The notes under the pieces are model-generated. The model had not been told where the DNA came from and searched no databases. It saw only the letters and a list, made by a program, of their open reading frames with translations. From contig CAZPGO010000030.1 in the NCBI GenBank assembly GCA_964586355.1, positions 72,441-104,440 of the forward strand: a stretch of DNA of 32,000 nt. Direction: 5' to 3'. Made by a program: the position numbers and the translations under genes. This stretch comes from an uncultured archaeon (lineage in GTDB: Archaea; Iainarchaeota; Iainarchaeia; Iainarchaeales; CSSED10-239). Below are positions 9,277 to 18,534 of the stretch, piece by piece. The number at the start of each line of letters is the position of its first letter. The first letter of the stretch is position 1.

Positions 9277-10326
9277 ATGAAAAAAAAAGTGGTTGTTGGA
9301 TTATCTGGTGGAGTAGATTCAACAATAGCTCTAGTTTTATTAAAAGAAAAAGGTTATGATCCTATAGGCGTTTCTTTAAAATTACCTATTTGGTCTAAAA
9401 GTTCTTGTAAAGAAAATAGTTGTTGTACTGATAAATCTGTTGCGATTGCAAGAAAGATCTGCAAATCCTTAAACATTCCTCATTATGTTGTTGATGGTTG
9501 TGCTGATTTTGAAGAAAAGGTGGTTTCTTATTTTGTGTCTGAGATAAAAAACAACAAGACTCCAAACCCTTGTGTTATTTGTAATAAAGCTCATAAATTT
9601 AAAGTGCTTTTAGAGTGGGCTAAGAAAAAGAAAATTCCTTTTGTTGCTACTGGTCATTATGCAAAAACAAGATTAAATAAAGAAACAAATAAATATGAGC
9701 TTTTAATTCCAAAAGATAAAACAAAAGATCAAACTTATGGGTTGTGTTTGTTATCTGAAAAAGAGCTTTCTAAAATACTTTTTCCCTTAGCAAATTTAAC
9801 CAAAGATCAAGTTTATAAAAAAGCACAAGACACCAATTTTGATTTTTTTACAAAACAAAAGCAAAGTCAAGATTTTTGTTATGTTTCAGGCAAAGATCTT
9901 TATTCTTTTTTGTTAGAAAAAATTGGCGAACAAAAAGGCCAGATTTTAGATGTTAATAATAAGATATTGGCTGCTCATGACGGCTCTTGGCTATACACTA
10001 TTGGTCAAAGAAAAGGTTTAGGGCTAAATAAAAAATATTATGTTTTTTTTAAAGATAAAAATAATGTTTATGTAACTAATAAAAAAGATCAAGTGAAAAT
10101 AAAAGAAATAAATTTAGAAAACCTTCATTTAATTTCTGGTAAATTGCCTAAAAAAAAAATAAAGGTTAAGATAAGATATTCTTCTGACTTTTTTTCTGCA
10201 AAACTTGTAAAAAATAAAAAAGGAATAAAAGTTGTTTTAGACAAACCACTAGAATTTATAACCCCCGGTCAATTTTGTGTATTTTATTCTGGCAAGGTGT
10301 GTTTAGGTGGCGGAATAATTAAATAA
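9277..10326 (+). CDS. mnmA: tRNA-specific 2-thiouridylase MnmA (bacterial/mitochondrial type)
   Basis: 349 aa. VVVGLSGGVDSTIA PP-loop. NPCVICN and ATGHYA motifs, DQTYGL, QDFCYV second catalytic Cys, GQFCVFY near the C-terminus. Starts 4 nt after the thiI stop. Confidence 0.85.
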   Translation: MKKKVVVGLSGGVDSTIALVLLKEKGYDPIGVSLKLPIWSKSSCKENSCCTDKSVAIARKICKSLNIPHYVVDGCADFEEKVVSYFVSEIKNNKTPNPCVICNKAHKFKVLLEWAKKKKIPFVATGHYAKTRLNKETNKYELLIPKDKTKDQTYGLCLLSEKELSKILFPLANLTKDQVYKKAQDTNFDFFTKQKQSQDFCYVSGKDLYSFLLEKIGEQKGQILDVNNKILAAHDGSWLYTIGQRKGLGLNKKYYVFFKDKNNVYVTNKKDQVKIKEINLENLHLISGKLPKKKIKVKIRYSSDFFSAKLVKNKKGIKVVLDKPLEFITPGQFCVFYSGKVCLGGGIIK

Positions 10327-10447
10327 TTTTTTAACATTTTAATTTTATTTTCCAAATACCAAGTATATAAAAAGTATTTTGTTTATAATATATAATAGTT
10401 TCTTAGATGCAATAACTATTTAAGAGAAAAATTTAGGGTGTTAATTA

Positions 10448-11656
10448 ATGAGTGATAATATTTTTTATGAATTATTAAATCAAGATTCTGTTTTTACTGA
10501 CAAATCAAAAATATCACCACATTATGCTCCAGAGAAACTACCTTTTCGTGATCAACAAATAAAAAACCTCTCTTTATGGTTAGCACCAGCACTAAAAAAA
10601 GCAAAACCTCATAATATCTTTATTTATGGTAAAGTGGGTACAGGAAAAACAACTGTTGTAAAACATGTAATAGATCAATTAGAGCATTTTTCTAAAGATC
10701 AACAGCTTCCATTAAAAACAATTTATATAAATTGTAGAAATTATCAAACAAAATATGCGATTTTATTCTATTGTGTTCAATTGTTTTATCCAGATCTAAA
10801 TTTTATAGGTTATTCTAGATCTTTTATTTATGATAAATTTTTAACTTATGTTAAAGAAAATAAACTTAATTTTGTAGTTATCTTAGATGAGATTGACAAA
10901 GTAAAAGAAATTGATGATCTAACTTATACCCTAATAAGATCAAATGATGAAATAGATCTAGGCTCTGTTTCTATGATTGGCATCTCAAACAACATTTTTT
11001 TTAAAAATAATTTAGATTCTAGAACAAAAAGCACACTTTGTGAGCAAGAAGCGGTTTATCCCCCCTATAATGCTGAAGAACTAAAAAGTATTCTTGAGCA
11101 AAGAGTTGAACTAGCTTTTAAAGAAAACTCAGTTACTGATTCTGCAATAAATTCTGCAGCTGCAATTGCTGCAAAAGAGTCAGGGGATGCTAGGCGTGCT
11201 GTTATGTTATTATTAAGAGCAGGAGAGCTTGCTGATCTAAATAAATCCAAACAAGTTACAGATAAGGAAGTTTACAGAGCAAAAGAAAAAGTTGAGTTAG
11301 AAGTTATGAAAAGCATGGTTTTAACTCTACCATTACAATTACAACTAGTTTTATTTGCAATTGCTCAAAGCTCATTAAAACCTAAGGGAATACTCAATCT
11401 AACTGGTCAAACACTAGATTCAAATATAATCTATTCAGGAGAAATATTTGATAAATATTCAGAGATTTGTGAAAGTTATTGTGAAAAGGCAGTTTCTATA
11501 AGATGGTTTAGAGAATATATTACTGAGTTAGAGACCTATGGTTTTATTTCTACTACTATTTCTGGTAAAGGAGTAAAAGGAAATACTACTTTAATAAAAC
11601 TAGGTATTGATGCACAAAGTATAGTAGATCTTTTAGAAAATGAATTAAAGGTTTAA
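10448..11656 (+). CDS. orc1: Orc1/Cdc6 replication initiator, paralog 1
   Basis: 402 aa. YAPEKLPFRDQQI initiator N-terminus, Walker A YGKVGTGKTT, Walker B VVILDEID, GDARRAV sensor-2 motif, C-terminal winged helix. Confidence 0.9.
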   Translation: MSDNIFYELLNQDSVFTDKSKISPHYAPEKLPFRDQQIKNLSLWLAPALKKAKPHNIFIYGKVGTGKTTVVKHVIDQLEHFSKDQQLPLKTIYINCRNYQTKYAILFYCVQLFYPDLNFIGYSRSFIYDKFLTYVKENKLNFVVILDEIDKVKEIDDLTYTLIRSNDEIDLGSVSMIGISNNIFFKNNLDSRTKSTLCEQEAVYPPYNAEELKSILEQRVELAFKENSVTDSAINSAAAIAAKESGDARRAVMLLLRAGELADLNKSKQVTDKEVYRAKEKVELEVMKSMVLTLPLQLQLVLFAIAQSSLKPKGILNLTGQTLDSNIIYSGEIFDKYSEICESYCEKAVSIRWFREYITELETYGFISTTISGKGVKGNTTLIKLGIDAQSIVDLLENELKV

Positions 11657-11724
11657 ATTGTTTTTTTTTGTACAATCTATTTGCTTTATATATCTTTTTT
11701 TGTATAATTTATTTGTGGTTTATT

Positions 11725-12261
11725 ATGCCAGAAACAAAAAAAATAGTAGATTCTATAAGGGTAAAAATTTTATCAGCTATGAAACAAAAAGGTTCCATTA
11801 CTCCAAATGTAAGACAAATTAAGAAATTAACAGGTTTTCATAGAGCTACCATTAAATCATCAATAGATTTTTTAGAAAATTCTAAATTTATTAATGGGTA
11901 TAGACCATTATTAGATTCTAAAGTTGTTGGAAATAAATTAGTTGTTTGGTCTTTTTTAAATGTTGATTCAAGTGATAAAATTAATTTTAAAGAGTTTTTA
12001 TCCGCTCTCTCCTCAGAGCCCTCCCTTTTACATTGTTCAGATGTTATTACTGATAAAGGGTATAATATTGGTGTTGCACATCTAGCAAAAAGTGTTGAAG
12101 AATATTATTTAAATATTCAAAAAAAGTTTTTTTTTAATAATCCAAAACTTACTGATCTTATTAAGCAAAAAACTATTTTTTATTTATCTGATCCGCTTTA
12201 CAATCATAAAAATGAAATAGATGCCACAATTGATATTTTAGAAAAAGAGGTTGGTCTCTAA
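11725..12261 (+). CDS. Putative winged-helix transcription regulator (Lrp/AsnC-like layout)
   Basis: The track ORF starts at TTG 11668 with a hydrophobic junk-like extension. ATG 11725 gives MPETKKIVDSIRVKILSAMKQKGSITPNVRQIKKLTGFHRATIKSSIDFLENSKFI, a wHTH. The C-terminal half is an alpha/beta effector-like domain. Family assignment is weak. Confidence 0.45.
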   Translation: MPETKKIVDSIRVKILSAMKQKGSITPNVRQIKKLTGFHRATIKSSIDFLENSKFINGYRPLLDSKVVGNKLVVWSFLNVDSSDKINFKEFLSALSSEPSLLHCSDVITDKGYNIGVAHLAKSVEEYYLNIQKKFFFNNPKLTDLIKQKTIFYLSDPLYNHKNEIDATIDILEKEVGL

Positions 12262-12273
12262 ATCAGTGATCTT

Positions 12274-13092
12274 ATGGAAATAGAAATAAATTATGAGTTT
12301 TCTGCTGGAAAAAATGCTGAAAAAAAATATAAGCAAAGAAACAAGTATTCTCAAAAGCTTAAAGGGGTTTTGCATGCAATAGAGATCACTAATAAAAAAA
12401 TAAAAGATCAAGAAAAAAAGGACGAAAATAAGAAGCAAGAAATAACTTTAGCAAAAAAGAAACTAGTGAAAATAGAAAATAGACAAAAAGAATGGTATGA
12501 AAAGTTTAGATATTTTTTTACACAAAATAATTTTTTAGTACTTGGAGGCAGAGACTCTAAAAACAACGAAGTTTTGATAAAAAAACATTTAGAAGAAAAA
12601 GATTTTTATTTTCATGCTGATATTCATGGAGCACCACATGTGATTTTGAAAAATCATTTAGAAAGTGTAGATCTAATTTCCAAAGAAGATAAAATGGATG
12701 CTGCAATTTTTGCTGGTTGTTTTTCTAGTGCTTGGAAATCAAAAATTTATTCTGTAGAGGTTTATTCTGTTTTATCTAATCAAGTATCAAAAACAGCGAA
12801 CACAGGAGAGTCTTTAAAGACCGGTGCTTTTGTAATAAGAGGTAAAAGAGAATATTATAGTATAGATCTAAAACTAGGTGTTGGAATAAATAAACAAAGC
12901 CAAATTGTTTGTGGATCAACAGATGCTATTAAAAAAAATTGTAAACATTATTTTATTATAGTTCCAGGGGATATAAAAAAATCAGACTTTGCAAAAATTC
13001 TAAAATTGGATTTTGAAAAGAAAGGGCAAAATATATCTGTTGATCAAATAATTTCTGTTTTGCCAACTGGAGAATTTGAGTATTATAAATAA
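12274..13092 (+). CDS. NFACT-R (DUF814) protein, a short RqcH/NEMF-related ribosome quality control homolog lacking NFACT-N
   Basis: 272 aa. FLVLGGRDSKNNEVLIKKHLEEKDFYFHADIHGAPHVILK is the NFACT-R_1/DUF814 signature, preceded by a lysine-rich coiled coil. Confidence 0.65.
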   Translation: MEIEINYEFSAGKNAEKKYKQRNKYSQKLKGVLHAIEITNKKIKDQEKKDENKKQEITLAKKKLVKIENRQKEWYEKFRYFFTQNNFLVLGGRDSKNNEVLIKKHLEEKDFYFHADIHGAPHVILKNHLESVDLISKEDKMDAAIFAGCFSSAWKSKIYSVEVYSVLSNQVSKTANTGESLKTGAFVIRGKREYYSIDLKLGVGINKQSQIVCGSTDAIKKNCKHYFIIVPGDIKKSDFAKILKLDFEKKGQNISVDQIISVLPTGEFEYYK

Positions 13093-13109
13093 AAATTGTG
13101 AAAAAAAAC

Positions 13110-15245
13110 ATGAGTGATTTAAAATTAAAGGTTGCAGATCTAAAAGAGCAACATGTTGGAAAAAACATAGTTTCTATCAGCATTGTTGCAAAACAAAAAC
13201 TTAATGTTTTTTCAGGAGATGTGGTTTTAATAATTGGTAAAAAAACAACCGCTGCTCAAATATGGCCAGAAAAAGAAACAGAAGGACAAGAACAAATAAT
13301 AAAAATGGATAAATATGTTAGAGAAAATGCTGGTGTTGACATAAATGATTTTATAGAAATTAAAAAAATAGATTCTATATTTGTTGCAAAAAAAATAGCA
13401 ATATCTCCACTTTCTGATAAAAAGATAAACTTTTTTTCAAAAAATTGTGACCTAATTATAAAAAAAAGTATCTTAGAAAGACCTTTTTTTTATGGAGACA
13501 TTTTTCCAATAAATGTTTTTGGAACTTCTTTTGATTTTAAGGTTACTGAAATTTCCCCAATAACTAAAGAGCTGCCACTATTATTAGATGAGTCTACAGA
13601 TCTAGTAGTTAATTTAAATCCGGTCTCAGAAATTTCAGAAAAATCAAAAATAACTTACAAAGATATAGGTGGACTAGAAAAAGAAATAAATGCTATAAAA
13701 GAGATGATAGAGCTTCCAATAAAATATCCAGATCATTTTAAAAAAATAAATATTGTCCCACCAAAAGGTATACTACTTTATGGGCCACCAGGAACTGGTA
13801 AAACGTTATTGGCAAAAGCAATCTCTCAAGAACTTAGTGCTAAATTTATCTCTTTAGATGCTCCTCAGATAATGGCAAAGTTTGTAGGAGAAGCAGAAGA
13901 AAAGCTAAGAAAAATATTTTTAACAGCACAAAAAATAGCCCCAGCAGTTGTCTTTATTGATGAAATTGATGCCATTGCTCCAAAAAGAGATGGTTTTGTA
14001 ACAGAAGTTGAAAAAAGGGTTGTTGCTCAATTATTATCTTGTATGGATGGCATAGTAAATCGTGGGCAAGTAGTAGTTATTGCCGCAACAAACAGACCAG
14101 AAGATATTGATGTAGCTTTAAGAAGACCAGGAAGATTTGATAGAGAGATAGAGATAGGAGTTCCTGATGCTATTGAAAGACTAGAAATATTAAAAGTTCA
14201 TACAAAAGATGTGCCATTATCAAAAGATGTAGATTTAAAAGAAATTGCTGATAACACACATGGTTTTGTTGGTGCTGATTTGGCAGCATTGGTTAAGGAA
14301 GCTGGAATTTTTGCTGTTAAGTCTGCTATTAATAAGAGCACAAAAATAGATTCCTTAGATATAAAAAAATCAGATTTTTCTAATGCTTTATCCATTATTC
14401 AACCATCAGGTCTAAGAGAGATTTTTGTAGAAATTCCAAATGTTGGCTTTGACTCTATTGGTGGTCTTGATGATCAAAAAGAATTAATTACAGAAATTTT
14501 AGATTTAACTATTAAAAGAAAAGATGTTGTAAGAAGAATGGGAATTACCATACCTAAAAATCTTTTATTAGTAGGTCCGCCAGGAACAGGAAAAACAATG
14601 TTTGTTAAGGCCTGTGCTAGATCTAATAAGATTAATTTTATTTATGTAAAAGGCCCTGAAATCTTAAATAAATGGTTAGGACAAAGTGAAAAAGCAATAA
14701 GAGATATTTTTAAAAAAGCAAGAGACGTTTCTCCTGTTATTGTTTTTTTTGATGAAATTGATTCTTTGACAGTAAATAAAGCAAACACAGAAAACATTCC
14801 AAAAGTATTGGATCAATTATTAACAGAGCTTGATAATTTGGTAAATAATGATATTATTTTTATTGCTGCTACAAATAGACCAGATTTAATAGATAGATCT
14901 TTATTAAGAAGTGGAAGGATAGACAAAATTATTGAATTTAAGTTGCCTAATTTTGAAGATAGAAAAAAAATATTCTCTGTTTTATTAAAGTACGTTCCAC
15001 ATACAAAAATAGATCTAGATTTCTTTTCAAAAGAAACAGAGGGTTTTTCAGGTGCAGATCTTCAATTATTAATAAATGATTCTGCTGTTTTAGCTATTAA
15101 AGAAAAAGATTATGAACTAAATAAATTATCTGAAAAACATTTAAAAAAAGTTCTTTTAAAAATGAAAACAAATCTAAAAAAGAAAAGCACAAATATTTCT
15201 GAATATTTTAGTGAGAATAAGAGATCTACTAGTTATATTTCATAA
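13110..15245 (+). CDS. cdc48: Cdc48/VCP-like AAA+ ATPase (N domain plus two AAA modules)
   Basis: Two Walker A sites (GPPGTGKTLLAKA, GPPGTGKTMFVKA). Two Walker B sites (VVFIDEIDA, IVFFDEIDS). ATNRPEDID/ATNRPDLID and PGRFDREI motifs. The track start is GTG 13098; ATG 13110 (MSDLKLKV) seems more likely. Confidence 0.9.
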   Translation: MSDLKLKVADLKEQHVGKNIVSISIVAKQKLNVFSGDVVLIIGKKTTAAQIWPEKETEGQEQIIKMDKYVRENAGVDINDFIEIKKIDSIFVAKKIAISPLSDKKINFFSKNCDLIIKKSILERPFFYGDIFPINVFGTSFDFKVTEISPITKELPLLLDESTDLVVNLNPVSEISEKSKITYKDIGGLEKEINAIKEMIELPIKYPDHFKKINIVPPKGILLYGPPGTGKTLLAKAISQELSAKFISLDAPQIMAKFVGEAEEKLRKIFLTAQKIAPAVVFIDEIDAIAPKRDGFVTEVEKRVVAQLLSCMDGIVNRGQVVVIAATNRPEDIDVALRRPGRFDREIEIGVPDAIERLEILKVHTKDVPLSKDVDLKEIADNTHGFVGADLAALVKEAGIFAVKSAINKSTKIDSLDIKKSDFSNALSIIQPSGLREIFVEIPNVGFDSIGGLDDQKELITEILDLTIKRKDVVRRMGITIPKNLLLVGPPGTGKTMFVKACARSNKINFIYVKGPEILNKWLGQSEKAIRDIFKKARDVSPVIVFFDEIDSLTVNKANTENIPKVLDQLLTELDNLVNNDIIFIAATNRPDLIDRSLLRSGRIDKIIEFKLPNFEDRKKIFSVLLKYVPHTKIDLDFFSKETEGFSGADLQLLINDSAVLAIKEKDYELNKLSEKHLKKVLLKMKTNLKKKSTNISEYFSENKRSTSYIS

Positions 15246-15293
15246 GGTTGTTTTTGTTTAAAATATAACTCTATTTTTTTAAGAAAATTGCTC

Positions 15294-15890
15294 TTAAAGA
15301 ATAAACAAAATAAATATAGGAATAGCAATACAAATACCCCAAACTAAAGGATTCCAAGTTAATATTTTTTTCCCATCTAATGGCCCAAATGGTAAAAGAT
15401 TAAAAAAAGCAATCCATAAATTAATATTTATTCCTAGTGCTACAAGTAAAACAGGAGCACTAAAAAGCGCAGCTATAAAAAATAAAATACCCATAATTAA
15501 GTTGGAAATTGGTCCGGCAACAGAAATAATTCCATCCTCTTTAATACTAAGTGTTTTTCCAAAAATAAAAACAGCTCCAGGAGCTACAAAAATAAAACCA
15601 AATAATGCTGAGACTGCAAGAGCTATTAACAATAAAGGCAACCACATAACAAACTTAGCCCTTGCTCCAAAATGAATAGCTGTATATTTGTGAGATAGCT
15701 CGTGTATTATAAAAGAGGTGGCAGTAATTATTAGACTAAGTCCTAAGGTTGTAAAAAATTCAATTGTTGTAAAATTAAAACCATTTTTTAAATAATTAAT
15801 TAAAGTATAATTATTAATAGCCAAAGTAAAGCACAAAGATATTATAACCCAAGCTATTAATAGATCTTTAATTTCTGAATGTTTTTTCAT
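15294..15890 (-). CDS. Site-2 protease family (M50) intramembrane metalloprotease
   Basis: 198 aa, polytopic. HELSHK zinc motif (HExxH) and FNLLPFGPLDGKK (NxxPxxxLDG) motif. Confidence 0.75.
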   Translation of the reverse strand: MKKHSEIKDLLIAWVIISLCFTLAINNYTLINYLKNGFNFTTIEFFTTLGLSLIITATSFIIHELSHKYTAIHFGARAKFVMWLPLLLIALAVSALFGFIFVAPGAVFIFGKTLSIKEDGIISVAGPISNLIMGILFFIAALFSAPVLLVALGININLWIAFFNLLPFGPLDGKKILTWNPLVWGICIAIPIFILFIL

Positions 15891-15905
15891 ATTTTTTCTT
15901 TTTTT

Positions 15906-16652
15906 TTATATATCTGTTTTTCCAAACAGTTTTAAAAAATTACTATAAATTTTTTCTTTAACAAAGTTTAGATCTAAAGAATACTCTTTACAAAAAATTT
16001 CATAAGATTTCTTAATATCATAAATCTCTAGTGGTTTTGAGTTATATGAAACCGGATAATCTGTTTCAATAAATATTTGATCCAAATGATCTTTAATATT
16101 TAAGATTGTTGGTTGTGCAAATCTGTTTGTGACATAATAGCCTCTATCCAGTGCAGTGTTTAGTTCTGAGTTAAGACCACTAAACCAATGCAGTAGTATT
16201 TTTTTGTTATTTACTGTGCTTAGAAGATCTAAAACTTTTTTTGTAGCATATCTTGAATGAATAACTGCTAAAAGATCTTTTTTTTCAGCAATTTCTAATT
16301 GTTTTAAAAATAAGATTTCTTGTTCTTTTCTTTTTTGTTTATCTTTTGTTATCTTGTAATCCATTCCTATTTCTCCAACAGCAATGGCATTATCAAAGTT
16401 AATTTTATTTACTTGCTCTAAGCAGTTATCAAGAGTGTTTTTTAAAACACAATCAGGATAAAGACCATATGCAAAAAACAAACCATCTATTTTTTCTTTT
16501 CTAATTTTTTCTAGTTTTTCATAACTTTCAAAAGATACTGATGCTGTTAGGGAGATTTGTTCGTTTTTTAAAAACTCTTGTTTTAATTTTTCTTTTGATA
16601 AATTTTCATAATGGCAATGAATATCAATAAATTTTAAATCTTTATTCTCCAT
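15906..16652 (-). CDS. tatD: TatD-family metal-dependent hydrolase/DNase
   Basis: 248 aa. IDIHCHY N-terminal metal site, AVGEIGMDY, VIHSR, and ETDYP near the C-terminus. Confidence 0.8.
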   Translation of the reverse strand: MENKDLKFIDIHCHYENLSKEKLKQEFLKNEQISLTASVSFESYEKLEKIRKEKIDGLFFAYGLYPDCVLKNTLDNCLEQVNKINFDNAIAVGEIGMDYKITKDKQKRKEQEILFLKQLEIAEKKDLLAVIHSRYATKKVLDLLSTVNNKKILLHWFSGLNSELNTALDRGYYVTNRFAQPTILNIKDHLDQIFIETDYPVSYNSKPLEIYDIKKSYEIFCKEYSLDLNFVKEKIYSNFLKLFGKTDI

Positions 16653-16661
16653 ATATATATT

Positions 16662-17279
16662 ATGCCCACACTAAAATTTAAAGAGTATAGTTTAGATCTA
16701 CCAAATGAGGTGTACCTTCCAAGTGATGACACATATTTAATGATAAACACACTAGAAAAAGAAATAATTTCAAAAAAACTTATTTTTAATAATGCTTTGG
16801 AGCTGGGATCAGGAAATGGTTATTTGAGCTTGTGTGTTTATAATAATGTAAATGAAATTATTTCTCTGGATTTAAATCCAATAGCTGTTGAGTACTTAAA
16901 AAAGGTAAAAAAAAAATACCTTCTAGATAAACAAGAAATAATCTTTTCAGATCTTTTTTCTGCAATAGATAAAAAGAAAAAATATGATCTGATTATTTTT
17001 AATCCACCTTATGTACCCTCAGAACCTTTAAACTTAGAAAAAGGAATAGATCTAGCAGTAAATGGTGGCAAAGATGGTTTAGAAGTCATTTCTAAATTTA
17101 TAAAAGATCTTAGTTTTTTTTTAATTAAAACAGGTGTTTGTTATTTGTTATTTTCTTCTTTAAACAAAATAAATAAAATAAAAAAACAATTATCAGATAA
17201 AAAAATGAGTTGTGAGATCATAGCCTCAAAAAAGCTATTTTTTGAAGAGTTGTTTGTTTTAAAGATTTATTTTTCTTAA
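16662..17279 (+). CDS. N5-glutamine (HemK/PrmC/Mtq2-like) class I SAM methyltransferase
   Basis: 205 aa. VYLPSDDTYLM, ALELGSGNGY SAM motif I and IIFNPPYVPS (NPPY) catalytic motif. Confidence 0.7.
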   Translation: MPTLKFKEYSLDLPNEVYLPSDDTYLMINTLEKEIISKKLIFNNALELGSGNGYLSLCVYNNVNEIISLDLNPIAVEYLKKVKKKYLLDKQEIIFSDLFSAIDKKKKYDLIIFNPPYVPSEPLNLEKGIDLAVNGGKDGLEVISKFIKDLSFFLIKTGVCYLLFSSLNKINKIKKQLSDKKMSCEIIASKKLFFEELFVLKIYFS

Positions 17280-17343
17280 GTTAGCAATACCTTTAAAATA
17301 ACATGATTATAATATATATTTATCTTATTTTGTGTTTTAAAAA

Positions 17344-18459
17344 ATGATATCTATGCCAGCAAATGTAACTTATGAATTTTCAGCAGCAAAAGAAAAATTT
17401 GAAGCTGCAAGAACAGATGATGAAAAATTAATAGCCTTACAAGAGATGTTATCTGCTGCTCCTAATCATAAAGGTGGAGAAAATTTAAGAAAAGATATTA
17501 GTAGAAAAATTGCAGATCTAAAAAACCGAATGGAAAAAAAAGCTCAGGCACAAAAAAAATCAGGGCACACAATAAATGTTAAAAAAGAGGGTGCTGGGCA
17601 AGTGGTGTTGGTTGGTTTACCAAATTCTGGGAAAAGTACTTTTCTTACAAAATTTACAAATGCTAAACCAGTAATTGCTTCTTATCCATATACCACTACA
17701 AAACCAGAAGTTGGTGTTTTAAATTTTGGTGGCGCTTTAATTCAAATAGTTGAGCTACCAGCCTTTTTAGACACTAAAGAAATGGCTCCCCAAATCTTTT
17801 CTATGATAAGAATTGCTGATGCTACTATTTTAATTTTTGATGATTCTAATTTTGATAATTTAAATAAACTTATAACTTTATTAGAAGAGCAAGATATTTA
17901 TGTTACTAAAGAAAAACCAAAAATAGATATTGTGAAAAGCCAGTTTCCTGGAGTCTCTTTTGTAAATGAGCAAAACCTTTTAGTAAAAAAAGAAGATGCT
18001 GAGCTATTATTAAGAGATGCCGGTTTTAGAACACATACCATAATATTAAATCAAAAAACAACTATGCAAGATCTATTATTGTTAATTAACCCTAGAGCAA
18101 GTTATCAAAAAACTATTGCAATTTCTATTCCAATTACTGGAAAAAAGTTAACTAAAAAAACACATAAAAACATACTTCTTTTTGATTTTGAGGAGGTTGC
18201 TGAGATTAATGAAAAAATTTTTGAGTTAGTTGACAAGATTATAGTGTACACAAAAAAACCTGGACAAAAAGCAGATCTAAAAGATCCATTGGTGATTGAT
18301 AAAAATGGTAATGTAAAAGATGCTGCAAGAGCCATACATAAAGACATATATCAAGATCTAAAATCAGCAAAAGTTTGGGGCAGCACCAAATTTCCTGGCC
18401 AAACAGTCTCAAAAGAGTATGTTTTAAGAAATAAAGATGTTGTTGAGTTTGTGGTGTAA
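17344..18459 (+). CDS. DRG/Rbg-family (Obg-like) GTPase with C-terminal TGS domain
   Basis: 371 aa. G1 GLPNSGKST, YPYTTTKPEVGV switch region. C-terminal IVYTKKPGQKADLKDPLVI...VWGSTKFPGQTVSKEYVLRNKDVVEF is TGS-like. Confidence 0.85.
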   Translation: MISMPANVTYEFSAAKEKFEAARTDDEKLIALQEMLSAAPNHKGGENLRKDISRKIADLKNRMEKKAQAQKKSGHTINVKKEGAGQVVLVGLPNSGKSTFLTKFTNAKPVIASYPYTTTKPEVGVLNFGGALIQIVELPAFLDTKEMAPQIFSMIRIADATILIFDDSNFDNLNKLITLLEEQDIYVTKEKPKIDIVKSQFPGVSFVNEQNLLVKKEDAELLLRDAGFRTHTIILNQKTTMQDLLLLINPRASYQKTIAISIPITGKKLTKKTHKNILLFDFEEVAEINEKIFELVDKIIVYTKKPGQKADLKDPLVIDKNGNVKDAARAIHKDIYQDLKSAKVWGSTKFPGQTVSKEYVLRNKDVVEFVV

Positions 18460-18534
18460 CATTTATAAACTAAATCTTCTTATATAATTTTAGATAAATA
18501 TATTTTTATTTATCAAAATATCTTAAGAATAAAA

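Noticed and set aside
12238-12438. 66-aa minus-strand ORF spanning the junction of the wHTH gene and the NFACT-R gene.
   Set aside because: It overlaps both plus-strand genes. Its product is hydrophobic low-complexity with no Shine-Dalgarno, so it is most likely a shadow ORF.
16650-16664. Head-to-head tatD and methyltransferase genes whose start codons are only 9 nt apart (ATATATATT).
   Set aside because: This is real but ordinary genome compaction. Each promoter must lie inside the other gene, or the transcripts are leaderless. Nothing suggests a special element.
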